From Curvularia clavata (taxonomy: Eukaryota): 64,000 bases of DNA. The notes under the pieces were generated by a model. That model saw only the letters and a program-made list of their open reading frames with translations, had not been told where the DNA came from and ran no database searches. The stretch spans positions 992,001 to 1,056,000 of the forward strand of contig CP089279.1 of NCBI GenBank assembly GCA_023920165.1, in the 5' to 3' direction. Within the stretch, counting starts at the first letter, position 1, and each line of letters begins with the position of its first letter. This document shows, one piece after another, positions 39,874-50,472 of this stretch. The translations under genes and the position numbers were made by a program.

Positions 39874-41625
39874 ATGCCATCTCCGGTGCCCACTGCACAC
39901 GCTCGGCCAGCCCCACTCGCCTGTTTAGAATGCCGCCGCTCCCATCTCAAGTGTGACGGGGGTAGGCCCACCTGCGAGCGCTGCCAAAATCGTAATTATG
40001 CTTGCACCTACAAGCGTTCTGGACGAGGGCGACGTCGTGGCGTCACGCGTCTGACGCCTCCTTCTAGCAGCGAGCCGCCCGTCATACCTGAACCAGCTCC
40101 CTATCCTTTATCCACAACACCACAAATCTTCCCACCCATAAATACGCCGGCGCTCAATGAGGCTCCCCCACATTTCCAGGAAGCGTCTCTCGGTTCCGGT
40201 AGTCCGTTAGACCCGCTATTGGCGCAAAACGGCCCGCTCCCAGCCTGGTCCAATGAAGAGCATCTGATAGATCTCTACTATTTGAACTTTCATGCAGCCC
40301 ATCCAATTCTGCTTCCGCGGCATCTGTATTGGGAGCAAGCCTATCCTAACTGCTTGAAGGCTGCCGTCCACTACATTGGCGCTTGCTTTTCCTCAACAGC
40401 TTCGAGAGCCGACCTGCGACAGCGTACAACACAAGAATTCAGCGAAGTACACCAGCCCACTCCTGAAGTTGTGCAAGCACAGATACTCTACTCGGTTGCT
40501 CTTTTCGCCCAGGATGCTGCAGAAGAAGGCCAATGCATGCTCGACTCTGCGATCCAGAATGCCCTGGCCCTTGGTATGCACAAGCGCGAGTTTGCATCAA
40601 TGTATGCTGGGGGATCAACTATCGTTGAAGAAAGTATGCGAAGGACTTGGTATGAGCTGTATGTTGTCGATGGTTGCATTGCCGCACTGCAGAGAAAGTC
40701 AACATTTGAGACAAACACAGTGAATGCAGATGTGCTTTTGCCGTGCGAGAACTTCATCTACGAGGGCGGACTGTGCTTCATACCACCAACACTGGCCGAA
40801 TTCCACGGAAACGTCTTTGCAGACGAAGAAAAAGTCTTCTCATCTTTCTGTTATCGCATCGAAGCAGTCCGTCTTCTCGGGCGAGTCTTGACGATTGCGG
40901 GAACACATGGAGTACACAGGGACCGTGTCCAGGCAGTTGACAACTCCCTGGCTGCTTTCATCCACCATCTCCCACGCAACAAGAGTGAGACCCAGATTTC
41001 CAACACTTTTGGAGAGCTAGATGAGCTCATGTTCCAGACTCACACCATCATCCAATGGGGCATCCTTCTCTTACACTACCCCAGAGGCGATTTGATATCT
41101 CCGAATTCCCTCACGCACAACGTACCCGGAGCCGACTGCACCAAGCTTCTCTGTCCTTGTAATCGCCAGCACGTACATTCAGTCAAGGCCGTCGAAGCGT
41201 CAAGGTCCATATCAATGCTGGCTGCCCTACAAGCTCCTGCCCAAAAGCACAGCCCCCTCTTCGTATATCCCCTTGCTTTGGCTACCGTAGTCCAACTATC
41301 AATTGGTGCGGTGCATGCGAAAAACACTGGGGCATGTATGGAGCAGCACTCCGACCGGGTCAAACTATTACTCGGTATATGCAAAACCCTGGGCCGCCAC
41401 TGGTCAGTCGCAGAAAGCGTACTGCGCACAATGAAAAAGGTAGCAAGCGCCGTGTTCCAAGGACAAAGTCTCGCATATACAAACACAATGCACTTAGCTC
41501 CTACGCCTGGAGATAGGACAGCACCACTGACGAGCATACCGATTGAACGAGGCCAATTTGATGACATAGATATGCATAATTTGTACGACCTCATGGGTAT
41601 AGAAAATGTTCCGATGAATACATAG
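39874..41625 (+). CDS. Zn2Cys6 transcription factor with fungal-specific TF (middle homology) domain
   Basis: ACLECRRSHLKCDG..CERC....AC cluster; YYLNFHAAHPIL, ALALGMH and EESMRRTWYELYVVD motifs. First ATG is 39874. Confidence 0.9.
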   Translation: MPSPVPTAHARPAPLACLECRRSHLKCDGGRPTCERCQNRNYACTYKRSGRGRRRGVTRLTPPSSSEPPVIPEPAPYPLSTTPQIFPPINTPALNEAPPHFQEASLGSGSPLDPLLAQNGPLPAWSNEEHLIDLYYLNFHAAHPILLPRHLYWEQAYPNCLKAAVHYIGACFSSTASRADLRQRTTQEFSEVHQPTPEVVQAQILYSVALFAQDAAEEGQCMLDSAIQNALALGMHKREFASMYAGGSTIVEESMRRTWYELYVVDGCIAALQRKSTFETNTVNADVLLPCENFIYEGGLCFIPPTLAEFHGNVFADEEKVFSSFCYRIEAVRLLGRVLTIAGTHGVHRDRVQAVDNSLAAFIHHLPRNKSETQISNTFGELDELMFQTHTIIQWGILLLHYPRGDLISPNSLTHNVPGADCTKLLCPCNRQHVHSVKAVEASRSISMLAALQAPAQKHSPLFVYPLALATVVQLSIGAVHAKNTGACMEQHSDRVKLLLGICKTLGRHWSVAESVLRTMKKVASAVFQGQSLAYTNTMHLAPTPGDRTAPLTSIPIERGQFDDIDMHNLYDLMGIENVPMNT

Positions 41626-41789
41626 CTAGAATAGCTTTCCTTTCAGCAAACCTTGGCAACATCCTTGCGAGTTCATGCTCGAAACACATCATTAAACACG
41701 ATTGACATAAAAAAAAAACACCAAAATGGCTGGATCGCCAAGGCAACTTACTATCTTCAAGAAGCGCATCTTCCTACAATAAACAGATT

Positions 41790-43016
41790 CTACCACGCAT
41801 CACACTGCATCTTGACCGGAAGCAACATCAAACGCTCACCACCCAGCGTTGGTCGCGGGAGCCTGCCAGCACGAATATTGATCTGCAAAGAGGGATCCAG
41901 TAGCTTTGGCGCTGCCAGTCCTGCGTCGCGCTCCTGCCGCAGCGCAAGAAAGTCCTCCTCGGCAACGCTCATGGAAACGTGCTTGTTCCTCTGCCGGTGG
42001 TCTTGAACCGTCATCCAGGGAACGGCCTCACAGCGCGCAGGACAGGCCGGGTAATCATGTCCCGTCCATATCTTGACATCCTCGGGGAGACTGAGCAGTC
42101 TTTTCGCCGATGTATAGAGGTCTTTTGCGCTGCCTCCTGGGAAGTCGCAACGCGCAGTGCCGATATCTGCGTGGAAGATGGAGTCGCCGCAGAAGACGTT
42201 TTCTGGTTACTTGTTAGTATTGTAATTGTATTTCGACGGGTTGCTGGTGTACTTACTGGAGATCTGATAGCCCAGATGGTCAGGGGTGTGTCCTGGAAGG
42301 TGCATGACGCTTACGGTCAGTTGGCCTAGCGAAAACGATTCGCCATCTTCGAAGAGCTGGTCAAATACGCCTTCGTATTCTTCGGCAGGGATATCGTATT
42401 TTGCCGCAAAGAATCGTTGAACTTGGGCGATGCGTTTGCCAATGCAGATGGGCGATCTAAAACCTTGCATTTGTGAGAGTCGGTGCTGGAGGTACGAGGC
42501 GGCTGTCAGATGATCGGCGTGCGCATGTGTCTCCAAGATCTTTTCGATGCGGTATCCGCTAGAGATTATGGTTGCCAGCAGTTTGTCGGCAGTCGATGTG
42601 CTGATGGTTCTGGAATTGGCGTCGTAGTCTAGCACAGCATCGATGATCACTGCTTTCTTCGTGGAGGGGTCGGCAACAATGTATTGCCATGTACCAGTTT
42701 TCTCTTCGAACGCACTGTGAATAGTAGGCTCTTGAGAATGAGTCGCCACGTTGTTGTGGAGTACTTTGTCTTCGGGCCTTAGAAATGGCACAAATTGCTC
42801 CATAGGAGTAGCGACAACCGACATTCTTCGAATCGTTGAAGCAACTGGCTGCGTTTTGCTAGTTGAAGAACGATTTGCCAAAGGATATTCAGAAGGAATT
42901 CGCTGATGGAACAGGCGAGACCTGTGTGCGGTGATTTGAAGGTTGGGTATGTAATGTAATCGATTTGACAATGGGTTAATAGATCGAGTGTGAGCGCAAA
43001 ATCGCACAGCTTTCAT
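41790..43016 (-). CDS. Persulfide (sulfur) dioxygenase, metallo-beta-lactamase fold, type-II PDO/Blh-like, with N-terminal presequence (390 aa)
   Basis: TWQYIVAD, IIDAVLDYD, ILETHAHADHLTA, PGHTPDH, GDSIF..DIGTARCDFPGG, GHDYP and RDAGLAAPKLLDPSLQINIRAGRLP. Intron 42256-42203. Confidence 0.88.
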
Positions 43017-43416
43017 CACTCAAGTTTGTCTTTGTGTTCAACTATGTTGATTTTATCAGATAATCCTTACAAAAATATAGGGAGATGCTCTGTATTATGA
43101 ACATCTTACAGATATCTGTATTACGACATGGCTGCGGTGTTCGGGGTTCACCCTACATTCGTAGACGCCGACGATCCATGTTAGTCGCCGAAACAGGATC
43201 CATGGCATTGATCAAATCGTCTCATCGTACATCTATCTGGTGATTCAATCCTTGTGCTGGACCATAGCTTAATGTTGCCCGAAAAGATGTATAAGCAGGC
43301 CAGCTATTTTTCTAGAAGTATAATTTTAATCGGTCCTCTTAACTGAACAGCATCAACGTTGTGTCGCACGATCTCTTTCTTGGCGCAGACTACACCAAAA
43401 TCCTTAATCAGGCACA

Positions 43417-44754
43417 ATGCAGTCTTTACGTCAATGCAGAAGACGAATAGGTGACATTCGGCCTACAGCGACTCGAAATCTTGCCACAGTCTCACCTGTA
43501 GTCACTGCGGTTAGGAATCACAAGGTCGTCGTCGTTGGGAACGGTTCCGCTGGCGTCGCGCTCAGCCACCAGCTCCTTCGGAAAGGCAAATTTGCAAAAG
43601 ACGATATCGCGGTCATCGATCCGGCAATATGGCACCATTACCAACCCGGCTGGACGCTTGTTGGCTGTGGCTTAAAAGACAAGAAATCTCTGAGGAAACC
43701 CATGGATGGGTTGGCAGACGAGAAGCTCAAGTTCTACAACAAGAGCGTTGCAACATTCCACCCAAGCGACAACTCTTTGTCACTAAGCGATGGTGATAAG
43801 ATCAACTATGACCAACTCGTAGTCGCACCAGGCGTCAGAATCGACTACAGCAGCGTCAAGGGCTTGTCTGAGGCAATGGCCGATCCGGATAGCCTCGTAG
43901 CATCAATATACAGCTACGATCACTGCGACAAAGTCTTTAAGAACATCCAAAGACTAAAAAGTGGTTCTGCCATCTTCACTCAGCCAACTGGTGTCATCAA
44001 ATGTGCTGGTGCACCCCAAAAGATCATGTGGCTGGCACTAGACCACTGGAGAAAGGCAGGCTTGTACCAAAGCGGATCGGATAAGTCAGCAATCAACATC
44101 ACCTTTGCAACTGGCCTATCCGCCATGTTTGGAGTACCAAAATACAGCGCCAAGCTCGAAGAGTTACGGAAGCACAGGGGCGTCGAAGGCTTGTTCGAAC
44201 ACAATCTTGTCTCCATTGACGGAAACACCGCGACTTTTGCGCGTCCTAACGGACAAGACAAAGTACACCGACACTTTGAATTTTTACACGTTGCACCAAG
44301 GAACGTCCCACATGAATTTGTCAGTGCGAGTGAGTTGAGTAATGAAGCGGGGTACGTTGACGTCGATCAGCACTCACTTCAGCACAAGAAGTGGAATAAC
44401 GTTTGGTCCCTCGGCGATGCGGCCAACCTGCCGACGTCGAAGACAGTCGCAGCGATCACGTCGCAGGCGGTGGTTCTTACCCAAAATATACTGCGAAATC
44501 TTGAAGGCAAGGAAGTTCAGCCAGAGTATGACGGATATACTTCGTGCCCGCTCTTAACAGGAGAAAAGAAGGTTCTGCTTGCGGAATTCAAGTACGGTGG
44601 CGAACCCAAGGAGACCTTTAACCAGTGGCTCGGAATTGACCAGGCTGTTCCGCGGCGGGCGTTTTATCATCTGAAGAAGGATTTCTTCCCTTGGGTGTAC
44701 AACATGTTTCATATCAAGGGTCAGTGGGGTGGGCCAAAGGGTTGGATCCGGTAA
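43417..44754 (+). CDS. SQR: Mitochondrial sulfide:quinone oxidoreductase (type II; SQOR/Hmt2-like)
   Basis: FAD-binding VVVGNGSAG, HHYQPGWTLVG, catalytic cysteines in KCAGAPQK and YDGYTSCPL, GDAANLPTSKT and LAEFKY; Arg-rich presequence. Confidence 0.93.
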   Translation: MQSLRQCRRRIGDIRPTATRNLATVSPVVTAVRNHKVVVVGNGSAGVALSHQLLRKGKFAKDDIAVIDPAIWHHYQPGWTLVGCGLKDKKSLRKPMDGLADEKLKFYNKSVATFHPSDNSLSLSDGDKINYDQLVVAPGVRIDYSSVKGLSEAMADPDSLVASIYSYDHCDKVFKNIQRLKSGSAIFTQPTGVIKCAGAPQKIMWLALDHWRKAGLYQSGSDKSAINITFATGLSAMFGVPKYSAKLEELRKHRGVEGLFEHNLVSIDGNTATFARPNGQDKVHRHFEFLHVAPRNVPHEFVSASELSNEAGYVDVDQHSLQHKKWNNVWSLGDAANLPTSKTVAAITSQAVVLTQNILRNLEGKEVQPEYDGYTSCPLLTGEKKVLLAEFKYGGEPKETFNQWLGIDQAVPRRAFYHLKKDFFPWVYNMFHIKGQWGGPKGWIR

Positions 44755-45401
44755 GTCAGTCGTAGAATCCGCAGAGGATAAAAGGGGTGAGTGGTCCTTT
44801 TCGATAAAACACGCATGAGGAGTTGTTCTGTAATACTATATATTTGAAAAGTTAGAATTTGCAATAGTTGATTGGTCTTGATAAAAATAGGAAGGTTTGG
44901 TTATTCCAGGAGATAGCGAGCCCACATACCGAATACGACAGTAATTATGGCCCCCAAACCTGATCAGTCCTCATGAACCTGGTAGTTCTCGATTCAGCTC
45001 TTGCTTGAGTTACCACTCTCAAGCACATGGCGTCCTAGAGCAAGCACAAAACCGCATCAGTGTCGAATCACTCGAATAAACAAGCGTGCTTGCCGAGTAT
45101 CTTTCCAAAGATGTTACTGATCATCGTCTAGGAAAGTCACGCAATGCTGCTGAGTCAGAATACGGCCACTCCGGCGGTTTACCTATATTAATACGGCGTT
45201 GGAGGGAAAGAGAGAATAAGTCCGGGAGCTAGGCCAGTTGCAGCCCTTGGCAGAGAGCTCCAGCTTATCGATTAGGTACCTTCCTATCAGTAACAAAAGA
45301 CTCCTATCGCAGCTCAATTGTCTCTGTATAGCAGTTGAGATTGCCGAGGCGCACGACACAGCACCACGAACTCAAACCAGCGGTGCATTCTGTGGGCTAC
45401 C

Positions 45402-46070
45402 ATGACAACCGACAAGCCGTGGCCTCCTTCAACCGGTCTGGCGACCGTGGTTATTCCGCGGGGCAAAGCCACCCTCGAAACACCCTACTCCATCGTTGTG
45501 CACGCGCCGGCATCGCTGGTCTTCGACACCGTTCTGCGCATCGCAGACTACCCAGCATGGAATACCTGGGTCCCCGCTGGGCGTATACTTACACACCCTC
45601 CTCCTGCGCCGGGCGCCGAGGACGAGGACCCCAATGATCTCTCGCGTATGCGCGTCGGCAGCACAATGGAATTCGAGGTGATCATGGATGCGAGCAAACC
45701 AAACGATATCCACCGGACGCCGCTCAAGGTCATGGACATTTCCACGCCTGCTGCGCCGTCCTCGTACGTCTCGCCTGAGTTACTCGAGGACCCGAGCTTC
45801 ACTGCGGATCTGTCGAAGGTGTATCGGGTGGCGTGGAAAGGCAATGGTGGCATGATGGGGCTCGCGCCAACCTGTGAGAGATTTCATGAGGTGATTGTCA
45901 TCAGCGACAATGAGTGTGAGGTCCGCTCTTGGGAATTGATGTCGGGCGTGACTGCGAAGATTGTGAAGGCCATGTACGAGAATACATTGAAGGAAAAGGT
46001 GGCTCTCTGGTGTACGGATCTGAAGCGGTACTGCGAGCAGAAGCATGCGCAAGCTAGCTCGGCAACTTGA
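45402..46070 (+). CDS. SRPBCC / polyketide cyclase-dehydrase (START-like) protein
   Basis: SIVVHAPASLVFDTVLRIADYPAWNTWV signature, ERFHEV and C-terminal helix WCTDLKRYCE. Confidence 0.8.
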   Translation: MTTDKPWPPSTGLATVVIPRGKATLETPYSIVVHAPASLVFDTVLRIADYPAWNTWVPAGRILTHPPPAPGAEDEDPNDLSRMRVGSTMEFEVIMDASKPNDIHRTPLKVMDISTPAAPSSYVSPELLEDPSFTADLSKVYRVAWKGNGGMMGLAPTCERFHEVIVISDNECEVRSWELMSGVTAKIVKAMYENTLKEKVALWCTDLKRYCEQKHAQASSAT

Positions 46071-46884
46071 GTTCCTCGGCGTTTGAATGAAGAAGGCATC
46101 GCAACAAATCCTGATATTGATAAACTGTTTTTCCCATCACATGTCCGCCTCGCCTTGAGTCTATGTATCGGCAACTGGGGTAATGGATGCCGATCCCCAG
46201 ATGGTTTCGCCGCTATTCTCCCCGATCCGACGTGCATCCTTCCCGCTGGTGACATCACCGTTCATGATGACGCTGAGGGCGGGCAACATGCGAACAAATC
46301 GTAACACTTTTGACGTTGCAAACAGCCCTCTAACAGAGAGCAAGTAATTCCCAACCTCTTTCTGAAAGCCTGTGAGGCCTTGTTCACACCAAGCTGGTCG
46401 TAGTTATGAAGCTTCGCCAACCTTTCCCAAGCTTCCCCATGGCACCGTCTTTATCCGTGGTGCGCTGATGAGCGGCGGGTTACCCAGTCTGGTAACTGCG
46501 CGAACCAAGTTCCTGAAGCTTTGCAAAATTTCCAAAGCAGCTAACATAGTTCCCACCAGTCATAAGACGGCGCAACTGGTTACGATGGCAGGGTAGCATG
46601 TGGCCCATGGCTTGTGTCCAGTCAGGATGTAAGAAGCTGTGCTTGGGGCCCCATGGGAGTGGGGAGCGCGCTGTCCCCGCCGTTGAAGAAAAGTGGGCTT
46701 CGGAATGCCCATCGTACAAATGGTCGGCTATCTTACCGATGTATAAGATGTCCTGAGGCCGCCCATGATGCACGGCTGCTTTGTTGTTCTCATCTTCTCT
46801 TGTCCTACGCGGACTCAGTTGTCCTCGCTGATATCCATTTATTAGAGGTTTCCATCTTGGGGGAACAACTCACTGCCTTCAACC

Positions 46885-48596
46885 ATGGACAAGATACATC
46901 GGCTCAATGTCGTCCATCGTTTCGAGAAGCGCAGCTTACTCATAGCGTAAGTCCCATCTCTCGTCAAATCCCATGGATGCCTGCTGACCATGTCTCAAGG
47001 ATCAACTGTATTGCTGGTCTTTCTATCCTGTTCTTCGGTTATGATCAGGGCATGATGGGCGGTGTTAATACAGCCTATGACTACTACACGCTCATGGGCT
47101 TTGGCCACAGGGGACCAGATGGTGGACCTGTAGTTGATGACACCTTACTCCAGGGTGGAATCGTCTCAGTTTACTATCTTGGAACGCTGGTTGGATGCTT
47201 GGCCGGTGGCTCGATTGGTGACCGCTTCGGGAGGATTAAGACCATCTTCATAGGCGCAGCTATTGGAACAATCGGTGCCGCGCTGCAGTGCTCGGCTATG
47301 AATCACATATGGATGATTTGCGCGCGATTGGTCAATGGCTGGGGAACCGGTATCCTGAATGCCATCATTCCTGTCTGGGCGACAGAAACTGCAGAGCACA
47401 CGTCGCGAGGACAGTTCATCGCCATTGAGTTTACGCTCAACATCCTCGGTGTGGTTATCGCTTACTGGCTGGAATACGCGTGCTCTTTTTACGGCGACGG
47501 CACTTCATCGTTCATCTGGCGTTTCCCTATCGCATTCCAAATCCCCATGCTTCTCATGCTCATGGCCGGAGTCTTGTTTTTCCCCGAATCTCCGCGTTGG
47601 CTGGTCAAGGTCGGCCGAGAGGCAGAAGGCCGCTACGTTCTGGCTCGGCTTCGTGGCGACACTGGAGAAGATAAGCAGAGAGCGGAAGCGGAATTCCAAG
47701 ACATTGTTTCTTCCTGCGAACTCGAGCGCTCCAATTTCCGGAAGCAAAGCTACTTCCACATGTTGTTTGGTATTGGATCCGGAAAGCTTCATACGGGTCG
47801 CCGCGTCCAACTCGTCATTTGGTTTCAAATTATGCAGGAGTGGATCGGCATCGCGGGTGTCACCGTGTATGCACCGACGATATTTGGTATCGCAGGTATG
47901 AGCCCGGAGAAGCGGCAGTGGATTGCCGGTCTGAACAACATCTTCTACATGTTTGCTACTCTCATCTGCGTGTTCACGCTAGACCGAATCGGTCGACGCT
48001 GGACTTGCTACTGGGGCTCCGTGGGTCAGGGAATCGCCATGGCTCTTGCAGGTGGATTCTCGTACCTGGGTCAAGAGGCCAGAAAGAACGGAGACTTGAG
48101 CAACGCGTCCTCGTATGGAAATGCTGCAGTGTCTATGGTCTTTCTATTCACCGCAATTTTCGGTGCGACATGGCTTACTGTTCCATGGCTCTACCCGGCA
48201 GAAATATTCCCTTTGGAGGTTCGAGCCAAGGGTAATGCCTGGGGCGTTGTTGGTTGGTCTATTGGCAACGGCTGGCTCACACTCCTCTGCCCAGTCATGT
48301 TTAATGCTTTGGGCGAGAAGACACTTTACATCTTCGCTGCATGCAACGCCATCACGATCCCCATGATCTGGGCTCTCTACCCGGAAACAAACCAACGTAC
48401 GCTGGAAGAGATTGACCTTTTGTTTGCGTCGGATAGCATCTGGAATTGGGAAGCAGAGAAACACTTTGCTGCTTTGAAGGATCAGCTCACGTACGAGACG
48501 GCGCGTGCTTCAAAAGACGATGATATTGAGCAGCTTTCGCACCGTGGATCAAGCGAGGCTCGTAGGTCGAGTGTTCGTGGGGATATGAAGCTTTAG
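46885..48596 (+). CDS. MFS sugar porter family transporter
   Basis: FGYDQG, DRFGR, PESPRWL, QEWIGIAGVTVY, DRIGRR, YPAEIFP and PETNQRTLEEID. Exon 1 is 46885-46946; intron 46947-46999. Confidence 0.93.
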
Positions 48597-49232
48597 ATGA
48601 CTTGTAAAAGAGTATAATTTTACCCATCTTTCACACCAATATATTGCCATCAAAAGTGTCATTTTGGTTTACAGAAGCGATTCTCTTCTATGAGACGATC
48701 TCACGTTTTTGGTACGCAACTTCCGTTTCTGTAATTCCGTGCGTAGGGATTCGCCCCTTCTCGCATCCTTTCTTTACTCACTGCAAAGCTGTAAGCAGTG
48801 GCCAATCACCTCACTGGCAAATGGTAAGCAGCGTGAACCAAGGTAGAATTAGGGGCAGACTTACAAGAATACTATTGATGGCTGTATTGGTAGCTTGTGA
48901 TTAGCTAATCACTGGAGTGGGTAGATAGGGGTCTTATGTAATTGTAATTCAACCCTACCTCTACGCAAATCTCGGCCTACCAACTCTACCCATTTGTCAG
49001 TATCGTTCTTACAGGATTGGCCAGTTATGCGACTCGCTCTTCCGTCACCCGCTCACTCAGACCATCACCCACGATGCTACAAAAGTATGTCCACGTTGTA
49101 GCCAGCTTGACCATCTCCTCTATTCGTCGATAGAATCCCTGAAGCCATCAAATCAGTTGTATTCTCAGCCCTCGTCTACTCACCACCTCACACCTGGGTA
49201 ATCTGACCAAAGATCCACCCAATACAAGCACC

Positions 49233-49605
49233 ATGAAACTCTCTATGCTCCTTGTCACAACGCTTTCAGCCCTCGCCCTAGCCGGAGACAGCAACAAGAG
49301 GAAAAGGGCTGCTTGTCAGGGATGCGTCAAACGAGTTCAACAATGCAAACAGGTAAACCATGCACTTCTTCCACATCTCTGCCCACTCTCAAGGCACTTG
49401 GTTAGAGCCGTACAATCGCTAATGATATCAAACGCAACAGACCTGCGCCCTGAGCCCGGCTGTCTGTGAACAAATGTGCCAGATTTCCGTCTGTTTGGAA
49501 GATTGGCAGAATTTGACACACAAGGACGATTCTGTGACATTTCCAAACAGAAAGCGTTGCATACACTTTGAGTGTATTGAGCAGATGCCTGAGTGTCATA
49601 TGTAG
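49233..49605 (+). CDS. Small secreted 10-Cys protein A (94 aa, Kex2-type KRKR site)
   Basis: Exons 49233-49352 and 49441-49605 read MKLSMLLVTTLSALALAGDSNKRKRAACQGCVKRVQQCKQ/TCALSPAVCEQMCQISVCLEDWQNLTHKDDSVTFPNRKRCIHFECIEQMPECHM*. Confidence 0.8.
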
Positions 49606-50204
49606 AATTGGGACATGAGTACATAGAAAGCGGGCTGGATAGCGAGATACTGGAGGGTGATGGGGCAAGGAGCAGCTACAGGATTTCTAACAATCTACCG
49701 TAGCGTCGAGGATCGAGTGGCGGATGCATGGGTATGTGACAAGTCCGATAACTACAGCATTGATACGAGGATACTCGTCAGGAGGCAGAGCTAAGGTACT
49801 TTTAGAATTCCATCTACGATTGCTTGTATACCAAGGCCACTCTCTCAAGAACGTTTCTCTCTCGCATCTACCGCGATCTTTCCGTTTGTTCTTCCGATTC
49901 TACTGTTGAAATTAACGGAATCGCGTCTACCCAGTTTGCGGCAATTTCAGGTCGTTTGCTTTCACCACCCGGTAGCCGTAAGTATACAACAAACGGCTGG
50001 GACACTGTGCGCCACGATATCAGGTCTTTCGCTCTCATTTCTTCCTTACCTTGGCGCAGTGTTTATGCATACTTTGACTCCAGTATATAAATGTTTCTCA
50101 ACACGCACTCCTTCAGTCCTTCTCCTCAACACACAACACTCACTCAACTGCGATTACTGCTCAAACACTCTCAATCTAAATCAACGTTCTCCAAAAGTAG
50201 CAAC

Positions 50205-50472
50205 ATGAAGTTCTCAATTGTCATACTCGCCGCCCTGGCCTCCTTCGTCATGGCCAGCAACGATGAGGCTAACGCCGATCACTGCAACGAGTGCCGTGCT
50301 GTCTTCGAGAGATGCATGCGCGTAGGCAACATTTTCTTTCTCCCACCCCCAATCTCACTAACAATTTCCATAGAAATGTTACTTCGGCGGCGCATCGTGC
50401 CCACATACATGCACTAGGGACACCTGTCGCTCCAGCCCGTTCTGTATGAGGTGCGGCTACACTGAGTGTTAG
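50205..50472 (+). CDS. Small secreted 10-Cys protein B (71 aa)
   Basis: TATATAAA at 50084. Exons 50205-50321 and 50374-50472 read MKFSIVILAALASFVMASNDEANADHCNECRAVFERCMR/KCYFGGASCPHTCTRDTCRSSPFCMRCGYTEC*. Confidence 0.88.
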
